Source of the DNA: a virus
DNA length: 64,000 bases
Virus record (IMG/VR): IMGVR_UViG_3300021961_008712
Span: 105,751 to 169,750 of that record
Direction: 5' to 3' (one strand)
The notes under the pieces are model-generated. The model made no database searches and was not told the origin of the DNA. It worked only from the letters and a program-made list of their open reading frames with translations. Both the position numbers and the translations under genes were made by a program. The first letter of the stretch is position 1, and each line of letters starts with the position of its first letter. Below, in pieces: positions 18,014-27,070 of this stretch.

Positions 18014-18494
18014 GAGAGAATTAATACTTATTCTTTTTGTTGCAGTAGCAGTCTTAGTTAGACTACTACCCCATCCGCCTAATTTTACACCCGTTACTGC
18101 ACTTGCTATTTTTGGTGCAACAACGTTTAATAATAAAGCTTTAGGAACTATATTACCATTAATAGCATTAGGTATATCCGATATATTTCTAGGGTTTAGT
18201 ACAATTACATTTTGGGTCTACGGATCTTTTATTCTTATTAGTTTGCTATCTATATACTGGAAAGAGGTTAAATTACAATATGTTTTACTAAGTTCCTCAG
18301 TATTTTTTATAGTAACAAATTTTGGAGTATGGATTTTAGGTTACCCTAAATCATTAGAAGGATTGGTCTTATGTTATACATTAGCAATACCATTTTTTCT
18401 AAATTCGGTACTAGGAGATTTATTTTTCACCTACGTACTTAAATACAGTTTCAAAACAGTAGAATCTAAATTAAAATTAAAATTATGTCATTAA
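18003..18494 (+). CDS. DUF6580-like membrane protein (putative transporter component)
   Basis: RLLPHPPNFTP, FFIVTNFGVW, CY..AIPFF and multiple TM helices. Confidence 0.75.
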   Translation: MLSKRELILILFVAVAVLVRLLPHPPNFTPVTALAIFGATTFNNKALGTILPLIALGISDIFLGFSTITFWVYGSFILISLLSIYWKEVKLQYVLLSSSVFFIVTNFGVWILGYPKSLEGLVLCYTLAIPFFLNSVLGDLFFTYVLKYSFKTVESKLKLKLCH

Positions 18495-18658
18495 AACAAG
18501 AATTATTTGAACAAATTGCAACACAGTTTGCAATCCTAGAGGAAAACAACAACGGTAGTACTAAAGCTTCTCAAGCAAGAGCTAGAAAAGCAGCAGGCGA
18601 ACTTAAAAAATTAATTACTCCTTACAAAAAAGCCAATATGGACGAAGCCAAAGGCTAA
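18485..18658 (+). CDS. Histone H1-like (Hc1-type) small basic protein, not in ORF track
   Basis: 57 aa MSLKQELFEQI...KASQARARKAAGELKKLITPYKK. KA...RARK..ELKK is the Hc1-type motif. Confidence 0.75.
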   Translation: MSLKQELFEQIATQFAILEENNNGSTKASQARARKAAGELKKLITPYKKANMDEAKG

Positions 18659-18660
18659 GA

Positions 18661-19623
18661 ATGAAAACCGTATTATTACATAAGATGTGTGCCGGCCTTG
18701 GAGAAGTTTTCCATAGTTGGTACACTCTTATTAATATAGCAAGAGTCCAAAAGCAAAAAGGACACCATATTGAATTAATTATAGATTACTCACACCAGCT
18801 TGATAGATACTTTCCTCCCGGAACGTTAGATCTATTCTTTGATCTTGATAAACTTCAGAGAGATTACTTTGATGAAATTATAATTTCCGAAACACCAGTT
18901 GAGTTAGATAACCCTACTATGAATTGGGGGAATAATTGGATGTTAAAAACAGAAGATGAAACAGGTCTATCAGAATTTTATTTACTTAGTGCTGAAGCTT
19001 TAGTTAGAGAAGGTAGACGTACAGCTGTATTTCCTGAAATTACTACTGAGTTTGCTAGGAACTATGTAGATAATATCATTAAGGTACATAATTTAGAAAT
19101 TAACCAAGCTCACCATATTAGATTAATAGACGGATATGAAAGAGAACAAGAAGTTTCTAAAATCGTAGACTTAGTTCTTCCTAACCTAGAAGATAACGAC
19201 ATAGTATTAAGTAATAGCTCTATAGTTAAAAAAGCTGTTAAAGAAAGAAGCGATAAAAAATTACTCTCTATACACAACCCTGTAGAAGGAATACTCAGTA
19301 ATCATTTTACAATACTCCCTAGAGAAGTGCCTAAAGACCTTCAATTTGTTAAAACTCTTTATACCTACTTGGATATGATAGTTCTTACAAAAGGAAAACA
19401 TTTTCATAAGTATACAATTTATGATGACAATTTCTGGTCTTCATTCTTATTTTATACAGCATTAAAACAACCTAACTATACAGAACACCAAATCTCTAAG
19501 GATCTCATACAAGGTACTTGGATTAATAGTCATCTTGCAGATAGTAGTTATTTAGGTGCTTTAGAGAAAGAGCTGCAGGGGCGCTTTTCTCTCTCTCGAC
19601 GAAGTCGCCACGCGCGAATTTAA
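18661..19623 (+). CDS. Putative O-fucosyltransferase/NodZ-like glycosyltransferase
   Basis: AGLGE, HIRL.D, DM.VL and SSF pattern. Confidence 0.5.
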   Translation: MKTVLLHKMCAGLGEVFHSWYTLINIARVQKQKGHHIELIIDYSHQLDRYFPPGTLDLFFDLDKLQRDYFDEIIISETPVELDNPTMNWGNNWMLKTEDETGLSEFYLLSAEALVREGRRTAVFPEITTEFARNYVDNIIKVHNLEINQAHHIRLIDGYEREQEVSKIVDLVLPNLEDNDIVLSNSSIVKKAVKERSDKKLLSIHNPVEGILSNHFTILPREVPKDLQFVKTLYTYLDMIVLTKGKHFHKYTIYDDNFWSSFLFYTALKQPNYTEHQISKDLIQGTWINSHLADSSYLGALEKELQGRFSLSRRSRHARI

Positions 19624-19631
19624 TAAAAGTT

Positions 19632-20213
19632 ATGAATAGATTACTTACTTTTGGATGTAGTTTAACAGAGGGTATTGGACTTGCCAATAAAGACACTCAG
19701 GTATGGGGTCGATTAGTTAGTGATCAACTTAATCTTGATCACGAAAATCAAGGTGAAGGTGGTAGTAGTAACAAGTATATTGCACATAAGATTCTAAACT
19801 TTAATTTTGATCCTAGCGATACTGTCATAGTGTTATGGTCATACCTCCATAGATATTGCGTAATTCAAGATGATTTAACAACAGTTGATTTTCTACCAGT
19901 AAATAAAGATGCTCGGTCAAAGAGGTTTTACAGAGAGTACTTCAGTGAATATGATTCGACCTTTATGAATATGGTATTCATCAACTACACATACAATTAC
20001 TTGAATAGCAAGAACATTAACTTTTACTTTGGATTTACCACTACACCATTAATTAGTCTAGTAGAAAATAGTAAGAGAGTCTTCCCGTTTGTTTACGATG
20101 CATATTACAACAAGTACCCAAAAGGACTTGATAACTTACACATGGGGGAAGAAGGCAATAAAGCATTCGCCAATAAAGTCACAACTTACCTCTTACCAAA
20201 ACAAATTATTTAA
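19632..20213 (+). CDS. SGNH/GDSL hydrolase-like protein
   Basis: TFGCSLTEG, NQG.GGSSN and D.LH. Confidence 0.75.
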   Translation: MNRLLTFGCSLTEGIGLANKDTQVWGRLVSDQLNLDHENQGEGGSSNKYIAHKILNFNFDPSDTVIVLWSYLHRYCVIQDDLTTVDFLPVNKDARSKRFYREYFSEYDSTFMNMVFINYTYNYLNSKNINFYFGFTTTPLISLVENSKRVFPFVYDAYYNKYPKGLDNLHMGEEGNKAFANKVTTYLLPKQII

Positions 20214-20217
20214 AATA

Positions 20218-20247
20218 GTTGTTTATGAACAGAATATTTCGTATATT
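20218..20247 (+). promoter_or_regulatory. Class I promoter GTTG-N16-TTCGTATATT
   Basis: Exact consensus copy. Confidence 0.8.
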
Positions 20248-20315
20248 GAAATAATAAATGGATAACCTCAAAAAAATCAAGTTCATATTTTTCGAAGAAA
20301 GTTGGAATCACGACA

Positions 20316-20504
20316 ATGGGAAAGAGCAAGAAGAACAAGCGAGACCTAATCGGAGACGAGAAGTACACAATGGGGGAGCTAAGCCAATTAGCCCGCCGCA
20401 AGATGATGCAAAAGAATCACGGAGATGATTCAAAATATAACCGTAAACAAACTAAACGTAATGTTTGGAAAACCTACGACGACGAGGAGGACGATGACTA
20501 TTAG
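20316..20504 (+). CDS. Small basic hypothetical protein with acidic tail
   Basis: ORF downstream of a promoter. Confidence 0.55.
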   Translation: MGKSKKNKRDLIGDEKYTMGELSQLARRKMMQKNHGDDSKYNRKQTKRNVWKTYDDEEDDDY

Positions 20505-20587
20505 ATGAAAGCTTTTGAGAGAGATACAAGGTTAGTACATGCACATAACCCTACAGGAATATTAGTTAAACTTTTAACAAAACAATT

Positions 20588-20788
20588 ATGTCAGACACAG
20601 TCAAAAAATGGCACGAAATGCAGGAGGACTTACAAGAAAATGCTAGTGCGTTTGCGTACCAATTGCAGAAGAGCCAACCTACTAAAGAGGAAGTAGTTAG
20701 AAAAAAAGCGTTTACCCTTCTTTGTAACTACGATGAAGAGGTAATAAGACTTGCCGTTAAAATTCTAGACGGTATAGGAGCAGAGTAA
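20588..20788 (+). CDS. Hypothetical protein
   Basis: ORF with an A-rich initiation region. Confidence 0.6.
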   Translation: MSDTVKKWHEMQEDLQENASAFAYQLQKSQPTKEEVVRKKAFTLLCNYDEEVIRLAVKILDGIGAE

Positions 20789-20789
20789 T

Positions 20790-21311
20790 ATGAATAAAGA
20801 GGAAGTCGTACAATTAAGACTACTTGCGGAAGAGCATAGGAGGCTTCCTAGGAAGGACCACTACGATATGAAGTGGGTGACCGAAGAAAACTTTCCGGAA
20901 TATCGCGAGGATCTTGAGACAGTCATACAACTGTTACACGCACAATTAGACTGGGATGGAATCCCGGACTGGGAAGATTTAACGCAAAGGTTTGCCGCAA
21001 AGTCATTCTGTCTTCTTTTCTACTATAATAATAAATGTATAGGATGGAATTGGATTAATGAAAGCCTAACATATGATTGGAAGACTACCGTTCAACCTTT
21101 AGAAGAAGGAGCATTTTACGGCGGTGGTTTCTTTGTATCAAATCTTGTAGACAGACCTGCTGATGCTGGACTAAGTAACTATAATATGGTCTTTGCAGAA
21201 TTATTTGACGCAGGGTACAAAGTAGCTTACGGATACTGTGATGCTTGGAACCGTGTTGCATTAAAAGTAAATTATGCAAACGGAGTCAAAAAATTTGACT
21301 TTATAAAATAG
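20790..21311 (+). CDS. GNAT-like acyltransferase fold protein
   Basis: CIGWNW, FFVS..R..GL and YCD.WN..AL pattern. Confidence 0.5.
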   Translation: MNKEEVVQLRLLAEEHRRLPRKDHYDMKWVTEENFPEYREDLETVIQLLHAQLDWDGIPDWEDLTQRFAAKSFCLLFYYNNKCIGWNWINESLTYDWKTTVQPLEEGAFYGGGFFVSNLVDRPADAGLSNYNMVFAELFDAGYKVAYGYCDAWNRVALKVNYANGVKKFDFIK

Positions 21312-21962
21312 ATGATATACTGTACATTGATCTACGGAAAACAATGGCATGAAAAATTTGCGTCAAATATAGTTAGAGAGGCACAAACTCACGATATTTA
21401 TATTTTGACAGACCATCCAGAATATTTTTCCGAATGTTCAAATGTCACAGAATACACAAGACCTGTTTTTAGTTATTATGAGAAGTTAAACTGGGTTTTA
21501 GCTTTAACTAAACAACTAAAACAGAGAGTTACATACGTAGATGCTAATTGGATTTTCAACTTAACAGATTCTATTAATATAGAGGAAGACCTAATTTATA
21601 CACATAGATTCTCAGAGATATCTAGACTCAGGATTACACCTAAAGATAGAGATAAATTAAGAGACCTTTTTGTAGAAGCAGAGTATCCTTGGCAAGATAA
21701 TGAGTATATATCAGAAAAGGTAATATCTATTCCTTATCTTCCTAAATTAATAGACAAAATAATTGAGGATATAAAATATCTTCAACCTTCTTTTGAAAAT
21801 GTCTTTGATGACAAATCAAACGTTGGTAAAAAAATTAAAAGATATACTGAATTCGGTATTGGGTTTTTGGAAGGAGCAGCATTAACTGCGGTTGCAAATC
21901 GATACAATATAAAGTACAATTGCAAAAAAAATTTAATTAGAAGAAAGGACCTACTAATGTAG
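21312..21962 (+). CDS. Glycosyltransferase-like hypothetical protein
   Basis: YILTD.P.YF, FSY.EKL and YVDA (DxD-like). Confidence 0.45.
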   Translation: MIYCTLIYGKQWHEKFASNIVREAQTHDIYILTDHPEYFSECSNVTEYTRPVFSYYEKLNWVLALTKQLKQRVTYVDANWIFNLTDSINIEEDLIYTHRFSEISRLRITPKDRDKLRDLFVEAEYPWQDNEYISEKVISIPYLPKLIDKIIEDIKYLQPSFENVFDDKSNVGKKIKRYTEFGIGFLEGAALTAVANRYNIKYNCKKNLIRRKDLLM

Positions 21963-21984
21963 GGCCGTAAAGGATAAACGTAGA

Positions 21985-21991
21985 TATTTAT
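21985..21991 (+). promoter_or_regulatory. Class II (candidate late) promoter core TATTTAT
   Basis: Recurs in intergenic gaps (14746, 24147, 24804, 30195, 34946, 39123, 50202, 52076). Confidence 0.5.
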
Positions 21992-22020
21992 TAACATAAG
22001 ACAATTTAATAAACTTAATT

Positions 22021-23430
22021 ATGAAAGGAACACTAATATCTTTCGATTTTGTAAAGGACTCAAACGGGGATTTAAAGTTCCTGGAAATGAATACTGACAC
22101 AACCATTTCCCAGCCGGACTTGGATAATCACATTTCCTGGACTTCTCTAATAGACGTTATGTCCAGTTCTAACAGCACGACATTAGATATAATTTACAAA
22201 CCCGAGATTCACAACCATATTGTGGCAAGTTTAGAAGCAGCTGTTCAAGCATCTGCTCCGTTTATTACTACAGTTAATAAACACCAAGAAGATCTTCACT
22301 CAAATTTCCCTACAGCTGTTGAAGATTCAGCTGAGAAGTTTATTTTGAGAATGGCTTATGATGATAACGCTATCATCGACTCGTACTACTGTAAAGAAGC
22401 AGATAAAGCTGTTAGACTTTTTACAGAATATAATTCTGCTAGCTTAGCAGTAAATTACTTCTACAGCGGTAGTGACGCTGAAATTAACAATCTTCTAGAA
22501 GTTAACAACCCAGCTTGGTACCCAGATGTAGTAATAAAAAAGAAACAAGGTGTTCTTGATAACCTAGAGTTTATTAAAGTCTTAGATGCTGCAGGATGGG
22601 AAGAAGTTAAAACTACTTATAAAGAAGACTATATAATCGAAAATTACCACGTTTCACCAGAAGCTGAAGCAGATGGAGTTGTTCAATCTTTCCGTCACTT
22701 ATGTGTTGCATTTGGAGGAGGATTAGAACAGGCTCACCTAGGTACATTTATTCAATGTGCTCAATTTAGTACTCCTGATAATTTAACAACTGAAGGAGCA
22801 ACTTCTTATTTGCTTCCTAAGAAACATTACTACGAATATTCTACTAGTACACCAAAAGAGAAAAGCAGATTACATGGTGTATACTTTACAGATAGATTTA
22901 TGTCAGGCTCAGGAGAGCCAATCGAAAGTGAAGACATTACTGCAGGTACTGTAATGAAGTCTTACTATATTCCAACTATTCCAGATACAGATGATCCTAC
23001 TAAGTATTCTTCTTGGTCTCATAGTGGAAAAGTACTTCCTGCAGGATCACAAGCTACTTCATCTTTAGCTGCATCTCAGCCTTTATTCTTCCAAGATAAG
23101 CAAGGTGTGGTATTCGAATTGAAGCCATCAGGTAGTACAAGTCCTGTATATTTAGGAATGAATGCTGCTGTTATTACATATAACACAGGATCAGATTCTT
23201 ATGCTTTCAGAAGCGTTGTTAACTTAAATTCTGACAAAGATTTCTTATTTGACTTAAATGGAAGTTTAGTTCCTATTGAGTATAATAACTTTGTAGTACT
23301 TAATCAGCCTACAGGTAGCTTCATCGTAGCAGATACTGAACCTTTCGATTTGCTTGTTGTTGATACAGATGCTGATCCAGATATCATTGCAGTAGCAATC
23401 CACAACGCAAAAATTGAACCACCTAAATAA
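22021..23430 (+). CDS. Circularly permuted ATP-grasp-like domain fused to a degenerate Hint domain
   Basis: N-terminal DFVKDSNGDLKFLEMNT, PDVVIKK and YIIENY. C-terminal G.PIESEDITAGTVMKSY ... ADTEPFDLLVV...IHN. Confidence 0.6.
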   Translation: MKGTLISFDFVKDSNGDLKFLEMNTDTTISQPDLDNHISWTSLIDVMSSSNSTTLDIIYKPEIHNHIVASLEAAVQASAPFITTVNKHQEDLHSNFPTAVEDSAEKFILRMAYDDNAIIDSYYCKEADKAVRLFTEYNSASLAVNYFYSGSDAEINNLLEVNNPAWYPDVVIKKKQGVLDNLEFIKVLDAAGWEEVKTTYKEDYIIENYHVSPEAEADGVVQSFRHLCVAFGGGLEQAHLGTFIQCAQFSTPDNLTTEGATSYLLPKKHYYEYSTSTPKEKSRLHGVYFTDRFMSGSGEPIESEDITAGTVMKSYYIPTIPDTDDPTKYSSWSHSGKVLPAGSQATSSLAASQPLFFQDKQGVVFELKPSGSTSPVYLGMNAAVITYNTGSDSYAFRSVVNLNSDKDFLFDLNGSLVPIEYNNFVVLNQPTGSFIVADTEPFDLLVVDTDADPDIIAVAIHNAKIEPPK

Positions 23431-23438
23431 TAGTAGAT

Positions 23439-23597
23439 ATGAATAAGCCAATTGCACCAGAATTAATTTATAGAAAAAAGTCTACTGCAGCTCCATTGAC
23501 TTCTAATCCTCGTACTCCTATTTACGGCGAAGTAGAGAAGATTAAAGAGACAGTGAACTTCATGCTTAAATCTATTGTACAGAAACACGCTGGATAA
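23439..23597 (+). CDS. 52-aa hypothetical peptide, not in ORF track
   Basis: MNKPIAPELIYRKKSTAAPLTSNPRTPIYGEVEKIKETVNFMLKSIVQKHAG fills the gap exactly. Confidence 0.65.
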   Translation: MNKPIAPELIYRKKSTAAPLTSNPRTPIYGEVEKIKETVNFMLKSIVQKHAG

Positions 23598-23627
23598 GTT
23601 GTAATTCTGATCTTTATTTCGTATATT
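23598..23627 (+). promoter_or_regulatory. Class I promoter GTTG-N16-TTCGTATATT
   Basis: Exact consensus copy. Confidence 0.8.
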
Positions 23628-23633
23628 TAATGT

Positions 23634-24128
23634 ATGGAAAAAGGTCAGAAACTATACAACCCAGTTCATTCTGAAGAGTGGTTAACTTCCTTTTTAAAGA
23701 AGCACTACTACAAAAAGCCTTATGATAGGTTTATGTGGTGGCGAAGTTATTCACCTAAAACTAAACCTCTACATAAGAGACAGCCTCTAGTAGATAAGAT
23801 TAAAAATGGGGACTACGACATGGGACCTTTTTCTTATGAACTTCAACTTGTAGAACATAAGCTAAACAAAACATATCAAGAGGTACATCCTGACATGGGA
23901 ATGTTTTTAGAAAAGGAATCCGTAAATCTTGCCAGACGTAAACGACTCTTTGATGACTTTACGAAAGATGAGAAGACAAAATTAGAAGCTATCTTTCACG
24001 ATTTTAAAATTGAATTCGGCATTTCTAGAGAACAAATTGAAAATGACTTTGACGATGGAAATTTCGATGACCTAATCGACTACTATTATTATTGTGAAAA
24101 AAAATATAATAAAAAGTTGTTTCGTTAA
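23634..24128 (+). CDS. Hypothetical protein
   Basis: ORF after a promoter. Confidence 0.7.
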   Translation: MEKGQKLYNPVHSEEWLTSFLKKHYYKKPYDRFMWWRSYSPKTKPLHKRQPLVDKIKNGDYDMGPFSYELQLVEHKLNKTYQEVHPDMGMFLEKESVNLARRKRLFDDFTKDEKTKLEAIFHDFKIEFGISREQIENDFDDGNFDDLIDYYYYCEKKYNKKLFR

Positions 24129-24185
24129 AAAAACATTCGTACATTATATTTATTAATAACAATATTGTTAACTTAAAATTAAATT

Positions 24186-24473
24186 ATGAAAACAATTGCA
24201 ATTATTTTACTTCTCACTGCAGTAGCTGGTGCCGTAGTATATTTCGGTACTAAATACTTCGGTTTAGCTAAGGATGAAGACAAAGACGGAATTCCAGACA
24301 AACTAGAAGACACTGCAAAGAAAGTAAATCAAGCAGCCCAAAGGGTGAAGAAAGAGTTTAATGATGCGAAAGCTCAAGCTCAAGGTAACCGTAAAAGAGG
24401 AAGAAAGCCAAGTCAGAAACCTAATCAAGGTGGAACAACAGCTCCAAAAAATAAAAACTATTACGGATCTTAA
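24186..24473 (+). CDS. Membrane-anchored protein with DxDxDG Ca-binding motif
   Basis: N-terminal TM helix, DEDKDGIPD and a basic tail. Confidence 0.7.
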   Translation: MKTIAIILLLTAVAGAVVYFGTKYFGLAKDEDKDGIPDKLEDTAKKVNQAAQRVKKEFNDAKAQAQGNRKRGRKPSQKPNQGGTTAPKNKNYYGS

Positions 24474-24487
24474 TTAATCGTAAGATT

Positions 24488-24709
24488 ATGAATCAAAACA
24501 TAAACGTAGATTTCAACCAAACCGTTCCAGTAACTTGTGAAGAATGTAGTTCGCCGTACTTTAAGCAGACTCTTGTTATTAGACAAATACCAGGGATCCT
24601 TGTTGGTCAAAAAGAAACTTCATACATCCCCATTCCCGTCTTCTCGTGTGATAAATGCGGACATGTCAATGAAGCATTCCAACCAAAGCAAGGAGCCTCC
24701 TTGGACTAA
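24488..24709 (+). CDS. Zinc-ribbon protein
   Basis: CEEC ... CDKCGH. Confidence 0.75.
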   Translation: MNQNINVDFNQTVPVTCEECSSPYFKQTLVIRQIPGILVGQKETSYIPIPVFSCDKCGHVNEAFQPKQGASLD

Positions 24710-24757
24710 GTATAATTACGCAGGTCTTCAAGACGAAATTTATGATTGAAACAAATT

Positions 24758-24782
24758 AAGGGACTTTATGTCCCTTTTTTTG
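24758..24782 (+). terminator. Rho-independent terminator
   Basis: AAGGGAC-TTTAT-GTCCCTT followed by a T run. Confidence 0.85.
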
Positions 24783-24928
24783 TGTGCTTTACGATACTAA
24801 GTATATTTATAAGTATACCCGAAAAGTGCGATAAACCGGCTGATTTCTACGGTAAAAGTACACACTAGTTATTCCCAACTTTTATACTAAAGAGTTTTAA
24901 AGTGTTTTAAACAAACTAGAATAACTAT

Positions 24929-25396
24929 ATGAGAAAATTACTAGTGTTACTATGTTTAGTTTTTAGTTCTAATAGTTTTGCTCAAGAACTAAACGTAGTA
25001 GACGTACAGAATCGAATACAAATAGGAGACCTGGCAGGTAATCGTGATCTGTCTTTTGGTGTTAAAAACGTATTGGAAGAAGTCATTCAGGATAAAGGCT
25101 ACGACCTCAATCCAAAATCCCCCAACACTCTAGAAGTAGAACTACTTTATTTTGATGTTCAAAAAGGATCATTGCAATTAGGTGCATATGGTAAGAACAT
25201 AGATGTATATCAAATCATAGCTAGAGGAACAGCAATTATAGACGGTAAATCAAAAACAGCTGTAGCTAAAGGCACAGCTAAATCTATATCTACATCTACC
25301 CTTATTTTAGATCAGGGAGGAAATTTCTCACAAGCTAACGTTTCCACAGCTATAAAAAAATTATGTGAAGACTTAATAAAAAATCTTAAACTATGA
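24929..25396 (+). CDS. Secreted CsgG/TolB-N-like alpha/beta protein
   Basis: Signal peptide ending SFAQ. GVKNVLEE..G ... STAIKK pattern resembles the 27961 product. Confidence 0.55.
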   Translation: MRKLLVLLCLVFSSNSFAQELNVVDVQNRIQIGDLAGNRDLSFGVKNVLEEVIQDKGYDLNPKSPNTLEVELLYFDVQKGSLQLGAYGKNIDVYQIIARGTAIIDGKSKTAVAKGTAKSISTSTLILDQGGNFSQANVSTAIKKLCEDLIKNLKL

Positions 25397-27069
25397 AAAC
25401 ACTTTTGTATCTACTTTATTTTTTATTTCCTATATCTGTTTTAGCACAGCAGGGATATGTAAGCCATAGCTATACTAATGCAGTACCGGAAGGAGGGTTT
25501 GTTGTAGGAGATACGCTTACAGTAAAAATAGAAATAATAGATAACAGTAGTAACATTACACCAGACCATACTATGTTGGACTTCCAGTGGAATAATAAAC
25601 TATTACAGTTTGTTGATATAACCTGGAATACTACTGAACTGCCCTCAGATGTTCAAAAGAACTGGTCTAATTGGACAGGGTACTCTTTTAATGAACTAAC
25701 TACTCACGAAGGCGTAGCAGTAGCATCAAGCGAATTATCCATTCAGTATGAACATGGATGGTTAAACAGAGGTGGTTCTTATTCTGATGCTAGCGACTGG
25801 ACAGTAGGTAGAATAACACTTCAATCTGCTAGTGATTTACCCCTTTCAACTCCACTTGCTGAATTTAGATTTATACTTAAAGATAGACAAGGTACTAACT
25901 ACGGAGATTATACTAATATTACGAACTTAAACTGGGCCAAAGTAGAGGATATAGCAGGGGGATCTGGACTATATGTAATTCATGCAGGTACTGAAAAGAT
26001 TAGTGTAAATAATGTAGGAGGAGTAGGCGCAGGAAATATAACAATAAACTTAAATTCTGCAGCAGCAGCATCACATGCTACAGACTTTACATATAAGATA
26101 TACCAGACAGATGCAAATAATAATGAAACAGTAGCAGCATCTGGAGACTTTGATGCAAACGGACAAATAATTACCAATACTTTAGTATTAGGAGAGACCT
26201 ATAATATTGACATTAAAGTAGATGATAATGCAACCTGGTTAAATGATGTTATGACAGTAACAGATGCATATCTAATATTTCAAGAAGCACTTTCTGTTGG
26301 AACAACACCAGGAGGTCAACAAAATGCATTTACAAAGAGTATTCAATACCTACTAGGAGAATTAAATAATTCTGGAAATGTAACATTTGAGGATTCTTAC
26401 ATTGCTTTAGCTCATATTAGCGGTGTAGAAACTAATAGCACTTGGTATACTTCTACTACTAATGGAGCTAAAAATATTTGGGGAGACACAGGACAATACG
26501 GTGTAAGTACAAATGAATACTACTTTGGTCAAAAGAAAGTATTTACTTTAGACGGTACTACTACTTTTAATTTTGGCCACGGTCTCGTAGGTGATGTGGA
26601 TTTTTCACATGGATTTGAACCAACAGCTGACGTACAAACTAACTCATCTGCTAAAAACTATGCTCCACAGACAATGCTATCTAGAGCTCAGAATCCTGTA
26701 ACAGCTAATTTAGATATAGTCTCTGAATTAGTAAACGGTAAAGTAGTTTTGACTATTAATTTAGCAGAAGCGGGAATAGTAGGTACACAGTTTGATATAA
26801 GATACGACAATACAGTTTTAACTTTCGAATCTGCTAATTTTGATACAGGAAATGAAATGACTAATTTTAGTAACCATAATGCTAATCTGTCTAAAATTTT
26901 CGTAGGCTCTTTGGATGGCACAGGAGAAAGTACTATTAAAACAGGTGCACCGTATAAGTTAGTTTTTGTACCTAATCAAGCATTACAGAATACTGCAGGA
27001 TTAGTAAGCTTCTTTTTCACAGAAGGAGTAAAAGGAGATGGAACAAAAGTAAAATTTAACATGCAATAA
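25393..27069 (+). CDS. Secreted cohesin/dockerin-like surface protein
   Basis: Signal peptide. Cohesin-like N-terminus (VGDTLTVKI..DFQWNNKLLQF) and C-terminus (GTQFDIRYDNTVLTFES). Dockerin-like pair TVTDAYLIFQ / GELNNSGNVTFEDSY. Confidence 0.65.
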   Translation: MKTLLYLLYFLFPISVLAQQGYVSHSYTNAVPEGGFVVGDTLTVKIEIIDNSSNITPDHTMLDFQWNNKLLQFVDITWNTTELPSDVQKNWSNWTGYSFNELTTHEGVAVASSELSIQYEHGWLNRGGSYSDASDWTVGRITLQSASDLPLSTPLAEFRFILKDRQGTNYGDYTNITNLNWAKVEDIAGGSGLYVIHAGTEKISVNNVGGVGAGNITINLNSAAAASHATDFTYKIYQTDANNNETVAASGDFDANGQIITNTLVLGETYNIDIKVDDNATWLNDVMTVTDAYLIFQEALSVGTTPGGQQNAFTKSIQYLLGELNNSGNVTFEDSYIALAHISGVETNSTWYTSTTNGAKNIWGDTGQYGVSTNEYYFGQKKVFTLDGTTTFNFGHGLVGDVDFSHGFEPTADVQTNSSAKNYAPQTMLSRAQNPVTANLDIVSELVNGKVVLTINLAEAGIVGTQFDIRYDNTVLTFESANFDTGNEMTNFSNHNANLSKIFVGSLDGTGESTIKTGAPYKLVFVPNQALQNTAGLVSFFFTEGVKGDGTKVKFNMQ

Positions 27070-27070
27070 T

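Noticed and set aside
20258-20430. Alternative ~56-codon ORF overlapping 20316..20504, with a T-run that could allow frameshifting
   Set aside because: No recognisable protein features or stimulatory structure, so it cannot be distinguished from chance.
24840-24856. Purine-riboswitch-like UUUCUAC in the leader
   Set aside because: The three-way junction and loop-loop kissing sequences of purine riboswitches are absent.
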